Source of the DNA: Thermodesulfobacteriota bacterium
GTDB lineage: Bacteria > Desulfobacterota > Desulfobulbia > Desulfobulbales > SURF-16
Direction of reading: 5' to 3'
NCBI GenBank assembly: GCA_040755455.1
Contig: JBFMAY010000056.1
Coordinates: 1-19,572 of the forward strand
Length of the DNA: 19,572 bases
A model generated the notes under the pieces. The model did not search any database. It was not told the origin of the DNA and saw only the letters and a program-made list of their open reading frames with translations. This document shows positions 17,812-19,572 of this stretch, in pieces. The first letter of the stretch is position 1; the number at the start of each line of letters is the position of its first letter. Both the position numbers and the translations under genes were made by a program.

Positions 17812-19014
17812 TTAGCGTCTCAGATTTGCCAGTTTGACTCTTTTGGCCTTTATTGTTGTTAAAGATCTTTTATTAAGTCTTTGGAATCTCTTGATTTGAA
17901 CCTGGTAAGTTTGGTGGCCATCCACAATACCTTGTTGGGTGGAGGCATCCCAGTCCTGCTGCTCGAACATCTGTATTACTTCAACCAGATCGGTCGTCCC
18001 GTCTTCATTGCTGTCCGTAAAATTCAGCCATTCCGTATCCTCGAAGAGGGCATCGCCATTTTCATCATAAATTCCGGTTTCAATTGACGAAGAAATAATG
18101 GCCGCATAATCTTCTGCTGACAGATACTGGGGCTCATAAGCAATTCCTGCCAGGGAAAGTTGGGCAACGAAAAGCCGGAGGTGGTTGCGGGCGCTCTTTA
18201 TTGCATTATGATAAATTGTCTGGATATCCACATTGTCAGTTTGGCCGAGAAGATTCTGCAACTCACAGATAATCATATCCTCCAAGGTCGCCCCAAGCCG
18301 TAAAGACTCTTCCGATGAGGCACTGCCTGCACTGAGCATGAGGTCATAGAGATCCTGGGCGTCCTGATTAGCAAATATCCCGGCAACATCTTCAGGACTT
18401 GTCAGTTGGTATTTTTCAAGCAGGATATCAACTACATCCATGTTATGCTGTTCATCGCTCACCGTATTTATAAAAGTTTGTGAGCCCCACATTTTATAAT
18501 ATGCCTGATACAGGTCTCTGGAAATTTTATGGTCCTGCCAGACTTTCAGCAGGTCCGTCTCTTCGGCATCACTGATTTCAGTTAGAGCAGCATCAGTAAG
18601 AATGGCTGCAAGGGCCAGTTCGCTGTCACTCAAGTTATCAATTGCAATTTCATACGTATCCTGATCAGCATTCTCTGATATAGGACATGAACAAACAACT
18701 TCCTCGGAATAATCACTCTCCAGGCCGTCAACATCATAAGCTGTTGCCGCGAAATACAAAGTATTTCCTTCGGGCAAATCTTTCACGGTATAGGTAATCT
18801 TGCCATCAACAATTGCCGGGTTGCCGGCATCTATCGAAGCGCTATAGTTTCTTGATGCAGTACCATAATAGATTTTGTAACCGGCAAGGCCTGCATCGGC
18901 ATTTGGGGTCCAGGAAAAACTCAACTCTCCAGAATATGCGGTGGTTTGTATCAGAGAAAATAAAAACAGAGAAAAAAGGAAGAAACGTGTGCAGAAAAAA
19001 ATCGATTTATTCAT
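17812..19014 (-). CDS. Secreted protein: signal peptide + fibronectin type III domain + DUF2202-like ferritin-like domain + EF-hand/dockerin-like motif + basic tail
   Basis: Start ATG 19014 after an AAAGAGGTG RBS. FN3 pattern: LSFSWTPN..LAGYKIYYG...YTVKDL...YFAATAYD..GLESDYSEEV. DUF2202-like pattern: SDAEETDL...K.SRDLY...WG...F.N...EQ..MD...LLEKY...G.F.N...Q.LY...NVDIQTIY.N....RNHLR.F...YEPQYLS. DSNEDGTTDLVE is a Ca-loop-like motif. Confidence 0.75.
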   Translation of the reverse strand: MNKSIFFCTRFFLFSLFLFSLIQTTAYSGELSFSWTPNADAGLAGYKIYYGTASRNYSASIDAGNPAIVDGKITYTVKDLPEGNTLYFAATAYDVDGLESDYSEEVVCSCPISENADQDTYEIAIDNLSDSELALAAILTDAALTEISDAEETDLLKVWQDHKISRDLYQAYYKMWGSQTFINTVSDEQHNMDVVDILLEKYQLTSPEDVAGIFANQDAQDLYDLMLSAGSASSEESLRLGATLEDMIICELQNLLGQTDNVDIQTIYHNAIKSARNHLRLFVAQLSLAGIAYEPQYLSAEDYAAIISSSIETGIYDENGDALFEDTEWLNFTDSNEDGTTDLVEVIQMFEQQDWDASTQQGIVDGHQTYQVQIKRFQRLNKRSLTTIKAKRVKLANLRR

Positions 19015-19061
19015 TATTGCACCTCTTTGTTGATGCCAGTAGATCAGAAAAGAAGTGCTGA

Positions 19062-19165
19062 TCTTACCAGGCAACCTCGCTACCATATTTCTGCATTGCT
19101 CCAGAAACTTAGGCCGATGGCTTTGCGTCCCACTCTTTCGAGAGGTTTGCTCTTTTCAAGTAAAA
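19062..19165 (-). ncRNA. GEMM-I (c-di-GMP-I class) riboswitch aptamer, A20 variant (predicted 3',3'-cGAMP-type)
   Basis: Minus strand: TTTTACTTGAAAAGAGCAAACCTCTCGAAAGAGTGGGACGCAAAGCCATCGGCCTAAGTTTCTGGAGCAATGCAGAAATATGGTAGCGAGGTTGCCTGGTAAGA. Contains the GCAAACC...GAAA...GGGACGCAAAGCC core, a GAAA tetraloop with the 11-nt receptor CCUAAG/UAUGG, GGUUGCC, and P1 UUUUACU/GGUAAGA. Confidence 0.93.
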
Positions 19166-19231
19166 TTTATGACCGGTAAATGTTAAACAAGAGATCATGA
19201 AGCGCATTTGGTTCTTTTGTTTACAGTAGTA

Positions 19232-19247
19232 CGCAAAATTTGTTCCA
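19232..19247 (-). promoter_or_regulatory. Sigma-54 (-24/-12) promoter for the riboswitch-FN3 transcript
   Basis: Minus strand TGGAACAAATTTTGCG has exact GG-N10-GC spacing with TTGC. Predicted start near 19221, about 55 nt before the aptamer. Confidence 0.7.
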
Positions 19248-19557
19248 TATGCGCGTTTGAATGGATATGGAAATAATGATTTTTTGTTTTGTATAATATG
19301 CCAACGAAATTGGGTAGTTATATTTTTGCTCAAGAGCATGGTCGTATGGGCCACGACGGAAGGCGATAAATAAACAAAAGTTTTTAAAGTTGTCTGGTTG
19401 ATGAATAACAATTTTGTTTGACTTGATATTTTGGTCACTCAACCAGCTAACCGCCATCTCCGCAAGCGGGAACAACGAAGCATGAAACTTTGAAAAAAAT
19501 AGGTCATAGTTACCCCCCTTATAAATTTCCCATCACGAAAACAGAAGGAGGATAACC

Positions 19558-19572
19558 ATGACCAAGAAGCAA
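19558..19572 (+). CDS. Start of an unidentified CDS (MTKKQ...) running off the window
   Basis: Strong AAGGAGG RBS followed by ATG at 19558; only five codons are visible. Confidence 0.5.

Noticed and set aside
19015..19086. Upstream ATG 19086 for the FN3 protein
   Set aside because: It lies inside the riboswitch aptamer. ATG 19014 has an RBS and gives a proper signal peptide.
19109..19475. ORFs 19109-19438 and 19221-19475 (-)
   Set aside because: AT-rich regulatory DNA overlapping the sigma-54 site and riboswitch, with no protein features.
1..19572. CRISPR array, tRNA/rRNA, integrase or transposase
   Set aside because: I saw no regularly spaced repeats, structural RNA genes or recombinase motifs in the window.

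Overview
Bacterial window with the gene content of a sulfate-reducer-like Desulfobacterota/deltaproteobacterial genome (inference from gene content). From left to right it contains: the 5' end of phoU, divergent from a phoB-phoR two-component pair; an accessory block (small HNH nuclease, RelE/Phd-YefM toxin-antitoxin pair, YhcH-family protein, isochorismatase-family hydrolase, GNAT acetyltransferase) with decayed attC-like boundaries; a small PEP-CTERM-type protein; a PIN-PhoH ATPase; a secreted PHP-family metallophosphoesterase; an orphan TAXI solute-binding protein behind an sdhCAB/frd operon; two divergent radical-SAM genes (PflX-like and KamA-like); and a secreted FN3 + DUF2202-like (ferritin-like) protein. 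The best non-coding signal is upstream of that last gene: a sigma-54 promoter followed by a GEMM-I riboswitch with A at the ligand-selectivity position 20 (the 3',3'-cGAMP-type signature) and a readable anti-Shine-Dalgarno expression platform predicting a translational OFF switch. Two other signals stand out: a shared 11-bp-periodic Pho-box-like array upstream of phoU and of the PHP esterase, and integron-cassette remnants around the HNH and TA genes. All family calls come from motif recognition by eye; no database searches were run.
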